The notes beneath the pieces are model-generated. The model did not search any database. It worked only from the letters and a program-made list of their open reading frames with translations, and had not been told where the DNA came from. 64,000 bases of DNA, from positions 32,001 through 96,000 of IMG/VR virus record IMGVR_UViG_3300037067_006949; one strand, given 5' to 3'. The position numbers were made by a program, and so were the translations under genes. This stretch comes from a virus (lineage: Duplodnaviria > Caudoviricetes). This document shows, one piece after another, positions 19,755 to 28,633 of this stretch (position 1 is its first letter; every line of letters starts with the position of its first letter).

Positions 19755-20246
19755 ATGCGCATCAAATACATTGCACATGAAATTGTTACAGAAGTTCGGA
19801 ATTTGCCATACAACATCAAAAATGTCTTTGGATGGTCAAGGGTATTATGGAACAATTTTGATTGGGATCATAATTATATGCTTGTAATTTTAGAATATAA
19901 GTTAAAGAAAATGAAAAAATATTTCGAAACTGCTAATTGGCTTGAAAAGGCGGAAAACGATAAAACGGCAAACGAAATTTCGGTTAGTTTAGATGCTTGT
20001 TCTAAACTTCTTGATGAAGAGTACAAGAATGAAATCTACGGAAAATTCTATGAAAAATATCCTATTTCTACTTTTGAAGAGTGGATTGACGAGCAGGGAA
20101 GAACTGTCCATGGAATGAAATCTATGGTTGGAGAAGAGAGAAGGGAGTTTACAAAAGCATACAAATTAGCTGATAAAACAGATAAAGAGTTGAGGCATCA
20201 ATTATTTGATAATATGAGAGATAATTTTGAGGGCTGGTGGGATTGA
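19755..20246 (+). CDS. hypothetical protein
   Basis: AAGGAG RBS; C-terminal WWD. Confidence 0.7.
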   Translation: MRIKYIAHEIVTEVRNLPYNIKNVFGWSRVLWNNFDWDHNYMLVILEYKLKKMKKYFETANWLEKAENDKTANEISVSLDACSKLLDEEYKNEIYGKFYEKYPISTFEEWIDEQGRTVHGMKSMVGEERREFTKAYKLADKTDKELRHQLFDNMRDNFEGWWD

Positions 20247-20247
20247 A

Positions 20248-20607
20248 ATGAGAAAATATACAATTATTGATCCCGATCCTATGTTGCAAAACAACCTAAT
20301 GGCGTTTGGATTCGAATGTGACAAAGGTTGGCATCCAATGATCGTGGAACTAATGGATAAAATTCAGGACATTGTAGACGCTAATCCAGAATATTCCGAT
20401 TTACGAGTAGTTCAGGTTAAAGAAAAATTCGCCGGACTTCGTGTATATATGAATTATGATCCAAAGGAGATTGATGATTTAATTGATGAATACGAAAAAA
20501 GATCATACATCACATGTGAAGTTTGTGGTATGGAAGGAAAAGAAAGAGAAGACCGTCATTGGCACAAGACATTATGCGACAAGCATTATGAAGAGTGGAT
20601 AAAATAA
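20248..20607 (+). CDS. phage hypothetical protein
   Basis: GW, QVKEKFAGLRVY, CEVCG and TLCDKH pattern of a common phage family. Confidence 0.7.
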   Translation: MRKYTIIDPDPMLQNNLMAFGFECDKGWHPMIVELMDKIQDIVDANPEYSDLRVVQVKEKFAGLRVYMNYDPKEIDDLIDEYEKRSYITCEVCGMEGKEREDRHWHKTLCDKHYEEWIK

Positions 20608-20642
20608 TTTAAATAAAATAGAGATTTTAAGGGAAAACAGTC

Positions 20643-20834
20643 ATGATAAATTTGACGAGTAAATGGTTTATTGTGAAAAAAGAATATACTTATAGTGTTC
20701 CGCCTCTTTGCTATCAAACGAAAAAGGAAGCTCTAAATAATTTTGCAAATCTTAATAGCGAAGATTATGCAATTGTCAATTTAACCGATTTGAATGTATT
20801 GATCGAAAAAAATAATTATCGGTTATTTTACTAA
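20643..20834 (+). CDS. hypothetical protein
   Basis: Between sites 20612 and 20839. Confidence 0.55.
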   Translation: MINLTSKWFIVKKEYTYSVPPLCYQTKKEALNNFANLNSEDYAIVNLTDLNVLIEKNNYRLFY

Positions 20835-20867
20835 TCAGAATAAAATAACAATTTTAAGTGAGGAAAA

Positions 20868-21179
20868 ATGAGTAAACAGAATTTGGAAGACTTACTTCTT
20901 TATGCGGATTTTGCAGACAAAAATACTAATGGTGTTTTTGGTATATCTTCAAAATGGCTTCGAGAAATCGTTGAAGAGATTAGGGGATTGCGAAAAGAAT
21001 CTGAACTTGATTATAGTGATATGCGTTCATTCCAAGCGAAATATATTGAATCTGATCAGCAAAAAAGAAGTCTTGAAAGTGCTCTGACCAAAATTGCATT
21101 TCTAAAAAATGAATGGGACGATCCACAAGATTTTATCAATGATTTACAAAATATTGCAAAAGAATCTTTGATAAAATGA
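20868..21179 (+). CDS. hypothetical protein
   Basis: Between sites 20839 and 21170. Confidence 0.65.
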   Translation: MSKQNLEDLLLYADFADKNTNGVFGISSKWLREIVEEIRGLRKESELDYSDMRSFQAKYIESDQQKRSLESALTKIAFLKNEWDDPQDFINDLQNIAKESLIK

Positions 21180-21203
21180 GAATTTTAAGCAAGAGGAGAA
21201 TAT

Positions 21204-21416
21204 ATGTATTGTTTAATACAAGATGATGATGGGCATTGGTATGTTATTCCGGCAGAAAAAAGGCTAGAAACATATGATTATTTTGTAAGAGTGTATAAAT
21301 ATTGGGAAAATATGCCAGAAGACGAAGAAGAACCAATTGAACCAGAATGGTTAGATAGAATTAACACTGGCGTTTCTTACGTATGCTTCCCATCATATCA
21401 AATTGGAATCGGATAA
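21204..21416 (+). CDS. hypothetical protein
   Basis: GAGGAG RBS; between sites 21170 and 21422. Confidence 0.65.
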   Translation: MYCLIQDDDGHWYVIPAEKRLETYDYFVRVYKYWENMPEDEEEPIEPEWLDRINTGVSYVCFPSYQIGIG

Positions 21417-21461
21417 TTTCACATAGAATTTATGTTTTAAGCAGATTTTAAGGAGGTACAT

Positions 21462-22440
21462 ATAAAAATATTATTAGTTGATGTTGATAGCAAGATTCCA
21501 AATTTGGCATTAATGAAAATATCGACATATCATAAAAGCTTTAATAACCAAGTTGATATTGTAAAATTGGGATTTGACGGTTATCCAACGCATAAAAAAG
21601 AAAAAATAGTTGACGGAACTGGATACGATAGAATTTATGCCTCTTGTATTTTTACAGTCAATAAAGATTGGTTCAAGGTTATAAATTGCAACAATGTAAA
21701 GATAGGCGGAACTGGCATTGATTTGTCATATAACTTACCAGATTACGTTGATAAGTTAGAAGAAGACTATTCCATATATCCAGAAAACAATGATTCATAT
21801 GGTTTTATTACAAGGGGATGCATTAGAAATTGTTACTTTTGTTTTGTTCCAAAAAAAGAAGGGAAACTTTATAAATATAGAGATTGGAAAGAAATTGTAA
21901 GGCATAAAAATACCTATTTTCTCGACAACAATTTTCTTGCTTATAATGGGCATAAAAAAAATTCTCCAAGAACTGATTGACAACAAAATCCATTTTCAAT
22001 TTAATCAAGGGCTGGACATTCGTTTAATTGATGATGAGAATGCAGAGTTATTTTCAAAAACAAAATATATTGGAGAATTCATTTTCGCATTTGACGATAT
22101 AAAATATGAAAAAATGGTAGACAAAGGATTATCTATATTCAAAAAATATAATCCTAGAGATTGGAATACAAAATTTTTTGTTTATAGTCACCCTGATATG
22201 CCAATTCATGATATTATTTATAGAATTGAATGGCTAAGAAACCACAAATCTTTGCCATATATTATGCGAGATAAAGCTTGTTGGGAAGACAAAAACAATG
22301 AATTCTATATAGATTTGGCGGCATATTGCAATCAACCAAACATCTTTAAGAAAATGAATTGGCAAGAATTTTTGAATAAAAGACATACAAAACAAGATCG
22401 TATCAATTATAGCCTAAATTTATGGAAGGAAAACGTTTGA
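21462..22440 (+). pseudogene. radical SAM protein, frameshifted at A8 tract, ATA at expected start
   Basis: IKILLVDVDSKIPNLALMK after AGGAGG; TRGCIRNCYFC (CxxxCxxC); ORFs 21504..21980 and 21937..22440 join if the A8 at 21954-21961 were A7. Confidence 0.75.
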
Positions 22441-22808
22441 TGAAAATATTTTTGATTTGTCCGGTAAGAAATGCAACAGAAAACCAAAAGAAAAGAATGA
22501 TAGAATATATTGAAGAACTTGAATCCGAAGGCAACAAAGTCCACTATCCGGCAAGAGACACAAAGCAGGAAGATTCAACTGGCGGTTGGAACATCTGTAC
22601 TACAAACAAAAACGCAATCTTGGAATCAGATGAAGTTCATATCTTTTGGGACGATAAGAGCACAGGTAGCCTATTTGATCTAGGAGTTGCATTTGGTGCA
22701 CACAAGAGGCTTGTGGTGGTCAATCCAGAGGCAATAGATACATCTAACACAAAATCTTTCCATAACGTCATTAATTATTGGAATAATTTGAACTCGCTTA
22801 AAAACTAG
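22440..22808 (+). CDS. nucleoside 2-deoxyribosyltransferase-like protein
   Basis: KIFLICP, HYPARD, AILESDEV, STGSLFDLGVAFG. Confidence 0.65.
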   Translation: MKIFLICPVRNATENQKKRMIEYIEELESEGNKVHYPARDTKQEDSTGGWNICTTNKNAILESDEVHIFWDDKSTGSLFDLGVAFGAHKRLVVVNPEAIDTSNTKSFHNVINYWNNLNSLKN

Positions 22809-23025
22809 ATTTTAAGTAAAATGGAGATAGATATTGCAGCAAACAACTGGTCGTTTATATAAAATGCCGTTGCCAAAATTGAACTCAGATATGATAAATG
22901 AATTAATCAACATTTCCCAAAAATTGTGCCATACGGATATATCTTTGGGCGACATTGAAGGGGCGGATGAAGACGGTTATTATAAAGATTTATTTTTGTG
23001 CTTTTACATTTAAAGGAGAAATGAA

Positions 23026-23340
23026 ATGATTTCTGAAAAAGTAAATCAGATTGATGTAAAATGCGCCTGTGGCTGTAGTACATTAGAGATTACGCAGTGG
23101 TATGAGAAAGACAAGGCGCAAGAAGTGTGGATTTCTAATAAAATGCGATCTATAAATGCATATTATCATCCTGGTTTTTATCGGTTTTTAGAACGAATTA
23201 AACTTATTTGGGCGATTATTCGCGGAAAAGAATATTATTTCTATGAATTGGATTTGAACAAGAAACAACAAATCGTTGATTTCAAAAATGCAGTAGCCAA
23301 ATTAGACGAAAATATTGAAGAATATAATAGAGGATTTTAA
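23026..23340 (+). CDS. hypothetical protein
   Basis: AAGGAG RBS; CACGC. Confidence 0.6.
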   Translation: MISEKVNQIDVKCACGCSTLEITQWYEKDKAQEVWISNKMRSINAYYHPGFYRFLERIKLIWAIIRGKEYYFYELDLNKKQQIVDFKNAVAKLDENIEEYNRGF

Positions 23341-23345
23341 TTAAT

Positions 23346-23549
23346 ATGAAGCATAGCAGTCGTGGTTTTAGCAAGAAGAAGTTGTTCCCAAATGCAGTTC
23401 GTATTACGAACGTGGAGGGGAAAAGGGTGTGGTCTTTTGACGGAAAGGAATACGTTTCCTTGCGATCAATTCTCAATATGGTAATTGAAGAAGTTGACAA
23501 GACTAAAAAGAAACAAAAGGATGGTAATAAAACATTACAAAAACCTTGA
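23346..23549 (+). CDS. hypothetical basic protein
   Basis: GAGG RBS. Confidence 0.5.
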   Translation: MKHSSRGFSKKKLFPNAVRITNVEGKRVWSFDGKEYVSLRSILNMVIEEVDKTKKKQKDGNKTLQKP

Positions 23550-23574
23550 CAAAAAAGCAATTATGTGGTAAAGT
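23546..23574 (+). promoter_or_regulatory. sigma70-type promoter upstream of candidate ncRNA
   Basis: TTGACA-17-TAAAGT with TG upstream. Confidence 0.72.
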
Positions 23575-23580
23575 TAAGAA

Positions 23581-23701
23581 GTCTTGACACGGTGAACAAT
23601 CATGGGAAGAGGGTGGTGGGGTCGTGGTAGGGAACGCCGGACGACTAACTACTAGCAATTCAGCACAAGACATGTCGGAAATAAATGTGCGAATACCGAC
23701 A
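23581..23701 (+). ncRNA. candidate structured ncRNA (unassigned)
   Basis: GC-rich, no plausible ORF; GTCTTG/CAAGAC closing stem, GTCGT/ACGAC inner stem, TGTCGG/CCGACA 3' hairpin. Confidence 0.55.
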
Positions 23702-23739
23702 ATTGACATAAAAAGTATATTTTAAGCAGAAAGGATTAT

Positions 23740-24195
23740 ATGAGGTACGATTTCAATTCAAAGGCTATTGATGATCATATTCAGAATCAGTTTGATAACA
23801 TTATGCATGAGGCGATAATGAAAAATGTTGGCACATATTGGTTTGCTGATTATTGGGCGAACAGTAAACTCAAAAGCTATAAACCTAAGCAAATTATTTT
23901 CCAGCCCGATCTAAAAACGACGGTTGTAATTTGGGAAGACGATTCTAAGACTGTTGTTAAATGTTCGGCAGAAGAGCAGTTTGTCCCAGAGATTGGATTT
24001 GCTATGGCACTGGTTAAAAAGATTTTTCCAAATCGTAGCGAATTCTTGCGTATGATTGATGGCGCATATGTACAACCAGTAAGGAATAAAAAGACATCTA
24101 ACAAAAGCGTTCATGTTGTTGCAGATGATAGTGCCTCCGCCAAAGAACTTGGAGATGCAATTTTAGATTGCATTCGTAAAGTTAGTTATTTGTAA
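23740..24195 (+). CDS. phage hypothetical protein
   Basis: TTVVIWEDDSKTVVKC...GFAMALVKK motif common in phages. Confidence 0.7.
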   Translation: MRYDFNSKAIDDHIQNQFDNIMHEAIMKNVGTYWFADYWANSKLKSYKPKQIIFQPDLKTTVVIWEDDSKTVVKCSAEEQFVPEIGFAMALVKKIFPNRSEFLRMIDGAYVQPVRNKKTSNKSVHVVADDSASAKELGDAILDCIRKVSYL

Positions 24196-24198
24196 CCC

Positions 24199-24227
24199 TT
24201 GACATATTGGTTATTGTGTGGTAATAT
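24199..24227 (+). promoter_or_regulatory. sigma70-type promoter upstream of ncRNA/tRNA
   Basis: TTGACA-17-TAATAT with TG upstream. Confidence 0.75.
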
Positions 24228-24244
24228 TATATTTAATAGTACGC

Positions 24245-24351
24245 ACCGCGCGATAGGGAAAGCCTAGCGGACTAGGGTTGAGGTTGGACAGATCATCCAT
24301 AATTCCTTTTAGTTGATATACAACTAGCGTCATTATAAAGTGGTGCGCGGT
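24245..24351 (+). ncRNA. candidate multi-branched ncRNA (unassigned)
   Basis: ACCGCGC/GCGCGGT closing stem enclosing CCTAG/CTAGG, TGGA/TCCA and TAGTTG/CAACTA hairpins. Confidence 0.55.
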
Positions 24352-24360
24352 ATATCCATA

Positions 24361-24382
24361 GGGGAGAATTAATTTTCTCCCC
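24361..24382 (+). other. GC-rich hairpin (processing or terminator-like)
   Basis: GGGGAGAA-ttaatt-TTCTCCCC, no U-tract. Confidence 0.5.
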
Positions 24383-24398
24383 AAGCATCCATCTAAAT

Positions 24399-24472
24399 GG
24401 ACTTATAGCTCAATGGTTAGAGCGTCCGTCTTATACGCGGCAGGTTTGGTTGTTCGAGTCAACCTAAGTCCA
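24399..24472 (+). tRNA. tRNA-Ile (TAT anticodon), no encoded CCA
   Basis: Acceptor GGACTTA/TAAGTCC, A73; D arm GCTC/GAGC; anticodon loop CTTATAC; T arm GGTTG-TTCGAGT-CAACC. Confidence 0.85.
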
Positions 24473-24494
24473 CAATAACAATAAGGATAATGAT

Positions 24495-25124
24495 TTGACA
24501 AATATCGTGGCGTTCTCCGATCTGCATGGTCAATATAGCAAAAAATTAACAAGATGGTTCAATGAACATCCGGCAGATATTTTATTGTTTGCCGGAGATT
24601 TACAACTAAATGGCTATGATGATGGGTCATTCTTTTTGCAATGGCTGAATAGTTTACCTTACAAACATAGGGTTATGATTTTTGGGAACCACGATGGCAA
24701 CTATGATTATACAATGGAAGAAGCTAAAAAATACACATCTATTCATATTCTAAATAATGAAAGTATCATTGTTGATGGAATAAAAATTTGGGGATCACCA
24801 TATTCAGTTCAATTTGGAGAATGGTGGTTTATGAAACCGGATAATGAATTATATGATATATATAAAAATATTCCCGATGATACTGATATAGTAATGACGC
24901 ATACTCCTGCATTTGGCGTATTAGATAAAACTATTGATGGAATAAATGCCGGAAGTATACAATTACGTTTTCGGATTGACGAATTGAACAATCTTAAATA
25001 TCATGTGGCGGCGCATATTCACGAAGGTTACGGAATGGAAAAGGGAACTGCCACGTTTATTAATTGTAGCATTCTTGATGAAAAATATAGATTAGTAAAT
25101 GATCCTGTGATGTTTGAAATTTGA
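24495..25124 (+). CDS. calcineurin-like metallophosphoesterase
   Basis: SDLHG, AGD, GNHD, HTP, HIHE motifs. Confidence 0.88.
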   Translation: MTNIVAFSDLHGQYSKKLTRWFNEHPADILLFAGDLQLNGYDDGSFFLQWLNSLPYKHRVMIFGNHDGNYDYTMEEAKKYTSIHILNNESIIVDGIKIWGSPYSVQFGEWWFMKPDNELYDIYKNIPDDTDIVMTHTPAFGVLDKTIDGINAGSIQLRFRIDELNNLKYHVAAHIHEGYGMEKGTATFINCSILDEKYRLVNDPVMFEI

Positions 25125-25150
25125 CATGAAATTGTATTTTTATGTAAGTT

Positions 25151-25232
25151 TATTGGGCGGCGTGGCGCGACACGTAGTGGCGGAGTTCCGATCAAACCAC
25201 CGTGCTTCTCAGGTTGGAATCCTGACCCAATC
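25151..25232 (+). ncRNA. non-canonical tRNA-like RNA
   Basis: ATTGGG/CCCAAT acceptor-like stem stacked on T arm TCAGG-TTGGAAT-CCTGA; no standard 7-nt anticodon loop. Confidence 0.5.
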
Positions 25233-25237
25233 AAATT

Positions 25238-25307
25238 GCTCCGATAGTTTAAGGGAAGAACCTACTTTTACTAGTAGAGATGGGCGTTCGGTTGCGCTCT
25301 CGGAGCA
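25238..25307 (+). tRNA. degenerate tRNA (Val-TAC-like)
   Basis: Acceptor GCTCCGA/TCGGAGC; CTACT/AGTAG stem with 6-nt loop TTTACT; 8-nt T loop. Confidence 0.55.
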
Positions 25308-25350
25308 AATTGAATAAAATCATACTTTTAAGTAAAAATCAAGGACATAA

Positions 25351-25506
25351 ATGAATACGGTTGTATATGAATGTGGTTGCAGTATTTCATACAGTATGTA
25401 CGGAGATAAAGAGGTGCTTGAGGCTCATATGTGCGATCAGCATTCAAGAAAATATCCGAATATATTAGAAATAATTGCCAAGGTGATTAGAGAAATTCAT
25501 GCTTAA
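25351..25506 (+). CDS. small hypothetical protein (51 aa)
   Basis: AAGGA RBS after site 25313; stop in degenerate site 25502. Confidence 0.5.
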   Translation: MNTVVYECGCSISYSMYGDKEVLEAHMCDQHSRKYPNILEIIAKVIREIHA

Positions 25507-25545
25507 ATTTATTATTTTAAACAAAAAAAATAAAAAAGGAGAAAT

Positions 25546-25791
25546 ATGTTAACAGTAAAAGTAAATATGGATAGTTTTTATTTTATGGAGGAAACTCCCT
25601 TTGTCCAGGTATTTGACAAATATGGAATGAATCCGTATATATCATATCAGTCTTCGCGTTCAAAGTATTTCAGAGAAGTAAAAGATGGCGAAATAACCAT
25701 TATGAATTCCAACGGGATTAAAATTGACGAAATTGATTTAAGAAAAGATAGCGATGGCATTCCCAAAGAAACGCCAGCTAAGGATGCATAA
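25546..25791 (+). CDS. hypothetical protein
   Basis: AAGGAG RBS. Confidence 0.6.
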   Translation: MLTVKVNMDSFYFMEETPFVQVFDKYGMNPYISYQSSRSKYFREVKDGEITIMNSNGIKIDEIDLRKDSDGIPKETPAKDA

Positions 25792-25996
25792 AAAAATGAA
25801 ATTAGTTGACATATCAGAATACAAAGATGACGGAATAATTTGGGATAATATCGCTGGTTATCCTATCCCATATATTTTTGTAAAACCCCAAGATATAGCT
25901 GACCCAATTGATGAGCGATTGATTACGATTTCTAAATTGCGAATTGAAATAGAAAATTTAAAAGACGAACTAAGGCGAAGAAGGAGAAAATGGTGA
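25754..25996 (+). CDS. hypothetical protein
   Basis: ORF in operon; start uncertain. Confidence 0.55.
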   Translation: MAFPKKRQLRMHKKMKLVDISEYKDDGIIWDNIAGYPIPYIFVKPQDIADPIDERLITISKLRIEIENLKDELRRRRRKW

Positions 25997-26394
25997 ACGC
26001 ATCAGAATTAGCAGAAAAAATGTTACTATGGGAAAGGAACAGAAGGTCGCTTGATGAACTGGAAAAAGAAATTCAAGAAGAAGTTTTAAAACTTCAAAAA
26101 ACACAAGTTGTTGGCGGATGTAGAGTAACATTCTCTGGCGGAAGAAATACCTATGATTATGAGACCGCCGGAAAAACAGCGCCTAAAGAAATTATTGAAA
26201 AGCATTCTACTGTTGTTGAAACAACTGATTGGAAGAGCGTTGTAGAACTAGCGAAGGTCGATCCCGATATTATTGAAGAATGCACAGTCAAAACAACCAA
26301 TGTTGATTACAAAGAGGTTTGCAAGGAATCTAAAATTGCTCCGATTATCTTATCAACAACCCCTCCGTCCGCATCAGTTAAATTGGAAAAATAG
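25990..26394 (+). CDS. hypothetical protein
   Basis: AAGGAG RBS; stop abuts site 26395. Confidence 0.7.
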   Translation: MVNASELAEKMLLWERNRRSLDELEKEIQEEVLKLQKTQVVGGCRVTFSGGRNTYDYETAGKTAPKEIIEKHSTVVETTDWKSVVELAKVDPDIIEECTVKTTNVDYKEVCKESKIAPIILSTTPPSASVKLEK

Positions 26395-26426
26395 TATAGA
26401 ATGCACATTTTAAGTTAAGGATTAAC

Positions 26427-27002
26427 ATGATTATTAAAGTATTAGAAGAACATGGATATCCAAGCGCAGCCCTAGGATTTTCTTTATCATACAATAGCGG
26501 ACTTGAAAGAGCAATGGAACTTTTGCCTAAATTTGCCTTTGGTAAATCTGGAGAAACAAAATTCCTTGAATCAATATATGTTTGGCTGGATGTAACTGCG
26601 CCGATTTTCATGTGGTCTGAAATGGATACATATCGTATCTCCACGAAACAGTCGGAAAGCACTATGCACACATTGACGAAACGTGTGTTGACACATGAAG
26701 ACTTTGAATGTCCAATATCAGATAACCTCTTGGAAGAGTTAAATCACGCAATCCATATGTACAAAACATGTCCAGCCAGCGAAACATTTGCAGAAGAAAA
26801 AAGAAAAATATTTCTTTTGATAAAAAATAATCTTCCATCTGGATTTCTTCAGAGAAGAATTTGGGTTATAAATTATCGAACTCTTCAAAATATTTATAAT
26901 CAGCGTCATGATCATAAACTTCCACAATGGCGTTATTTTTGCGAACAAATACTTGTTCAGGTAGAACATCCAGAATTTATACAGGAAAATTATGTGGCTT
27001 AG
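26427..27002 (+). CDS. ThyX-fold-like protein (divergent)
   Basis: KFLESI.VWLDV.AP...E.DTYR....QSESTMH and LP.G....R....NYRTL..IY.QR..HKL.QW; lacks canonical RHR motif. Confidence 0.5.
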   Translation: MIIKVLEEHGYPSAALGFSLSYNSGLERAMELLPKFAFGKSGETKFLESIYVWLDVTAPIFMWSEMDTYRISTKQSESTMHTLTKRVLTHEDFECPISDNLLEELNHAIHMYKTCPASETFAEEKRKIFLLIKNNLPSGFLQRRIWVINYRTLQNIYNQRHDHKLPQWRYFCEQILVQVEHPEFIQENYVA

Positions 27003-27231
27003 TTGGATCGCATCTGGACTCACACTGTTAGGAAACATTATTCTTATAGGCAATAAAAGTTGGAAATCATTCGTGATCTTTGCAATCGGTAATGCTATGT
27101 TTTCATATTACTGGTTTATAAGGGAAGAATGGGCAACTTTTGTTTTAGTGTTGGTGTTTCTTGCCCAAAATGTTTGGGGTTTGATCAAATGGAGAAATGA
27201 GTCTAAAAGGAGAGGAGCAATCAAAATATAG
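26992..27231 (+). CDS. small 3-TM membrane protein (PnuC-like half transporter?)
   Basis: Three hydrophobic helices; NVWGLIKW C-terminus. Confidence 0.5.
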   Translation: MWLSWIASGLTLLGNIILIGNKSWKSFVIFAIGNAMFSYYWFIREEWATFVLVLVFLAQNVWGLIKWRNESKRRGAIKI

Positions 27232-27305
27232 AAATTATATAGGTTATTATTGTTGAAATTTGTAGTTGAATATTATATTTTGAAATTATAAAGGAGAAAC
27301 AAAGT

Positions 27306-28247
27306 ATGGCTGAATTTTTAAAAGCAACAAAGGGCAAGAAACCTGTTCGATTAGTTCTAGGAGGCCCGTCTGGTTCAGGAAAAACATATACCGCATTAAC
27401 GTTTGCAAAATACTTACAATCCATTACTGGTAAACCTACCGCGGCAATTGACACAGAACATTATCGTATGAGCTTGTATGCTGACAAATTTGATTTCGAT
27501 GTAAACAATTGGGAGCCACCTTTTGATCCGCGAGAATTGATTAAAACTATTCATGACGTAGAAAAGGCGGGATATGGTCAATTAATTGTAGACAGCAGTA
27601 CACACTTCTATAATTCTACTGGTGGCTTATTGGAGATTGTTCAGGATGCCGCGAAACAAAAATATGGTGGCAATCAATACGCAGGATGGGCTGTAGGGAC
27701 TCCAATTCAGGACGCTTTGATTGACGCAATTATTCGATCCCCTATTCATATGATCTTTTGTACTCGCGCAAAACAGGCATATGTTGAATCGGAAAAAAAT
27801 GGAAGAAAAACATATGAAAAGGCAGGAATGGAGCTTCAGCAAAGAGACGGTTGGGAATTTGATTTTGATTTCAGTTTGATTATGGATATGGACAATAATG
27901 CGAACGTTGCAAAAGGCATGGGGTATGTTCCAACCGGAGCGTACATCAAGAAACCAGACGAAAAAGCTATTGAGAAAATTATGAAATCAATCAGCGAAAA
28001 CACAACTGAAGAAGTGGCTATTCCTCCAGTGAAGTTTGTTGCGCCAAAACCAGAAGAGGTTTTGAAAGCAACTAAGACGAGCGTTGTTGAAAAATGTGTT
28101 TCTTTGGGCGGAAGCAAAAATGAAGCATTAATGGAAATTGTAAAATCATTTGAGCCATCTGGAAACCCAAACAAAATCAAGGACATCAATGTTCTTAATG
28201 AATTATTGGTTAAGTTATCAGAACTGGAAAAGAAAGGAATTGAATAA
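27306..28247 (+). CDS. Sak4-like AAA ATPase / single-strand annealing protein
   Basis: Walker A GPSGSGKT, IDTE, IVDSSTH; adjacent to SSB. Confidence 0.8.
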   Translation: MAEFLKATKGKKPVRLVLGGPSGSGKTYTALTFAKYLQSITGKPTAAIDTEHYRMSLYADKFDFDVNNWEPPFDPRELIKTIHDVEKAGYGQLIVDSSTHFYNSTGGLLEIVQDAAKQKYGGNQYAGWAVGTPIQDALIDAIIRSPIHMIFCTRAKQAYVESEKNGRKTYEKAGMELQQRDGWEFDFDFSLIMDMDNNANVAKGMGYVPTGAYIKKPDEKAIEKIMKSISENTTEEVAIPPVKFVAPKPEEVLKATKTSVVEKCVSLGGSKNEALMEIVKSFEPSGNPNKIKDINVLNELLVKLSELEKKGIE

Positions 28248-28633
28248 TGTCATTAAATATTAGTGATACACAAAGGGTTTCAGTTTGGACTATCGAAGAT
28301 CGTGAAAAGTTCGCTCTTGTTCAAATGTCTAGCTCTCGTAAAGATAAACAATCTGGAGAATACAAGAACACAAGTTGGGCATATGTTCGTTTTGTCGGAA
28401 CGGCGTATAGCAAAATTGCAACCGATGGTCTTGTACATGGGGATCGCATTGTTCTGAAGGGCGCAACCATTTCACAAGAACCATACTTGGTCGATGGGGT
28501 AAAAACATATCCGAAATATCCGCAAATCGTCGTTTTTAATTGGGAACATTATGTGCCCGATGGAACACAAGCGCCAAGCGGTATTGATGCGCCTCCACAA
28601 ATTGAGGAAGAAGACGAAGGGCTTCCGTTTTAA
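28247..28633 (+). CDS. ssb: single-stranded DNA-binding protein
   Basis: OB-fold-like body; acidic tail EEEDEGLPF. Confidence 0.75.
   Translation: MSLNISDTQRVSVWTIEDREKFALVQMSSSRKDKQSGEYKNTSWAYVRFVGTAYSKIATDGLVHGDRIVLKGATISQEPYLVDGVKTYPKYPQIVVFNWEHYVPDGTQAPSGIDAPPQIEEEDEGLPF

Noticed and set aside
14911-25144. TTGACA at the left edge of sites 14915, 23707 and 25125 as -35 boxes
   Set aside because: No convincing -10 at 17 nt, unlike the eight clear promoters.
25114-25317. 67-aa ORF in the track
   Set aside because: Starts inside the phosphoesterase gene and runs across a site and two tRNA-like folds; likely spurious.
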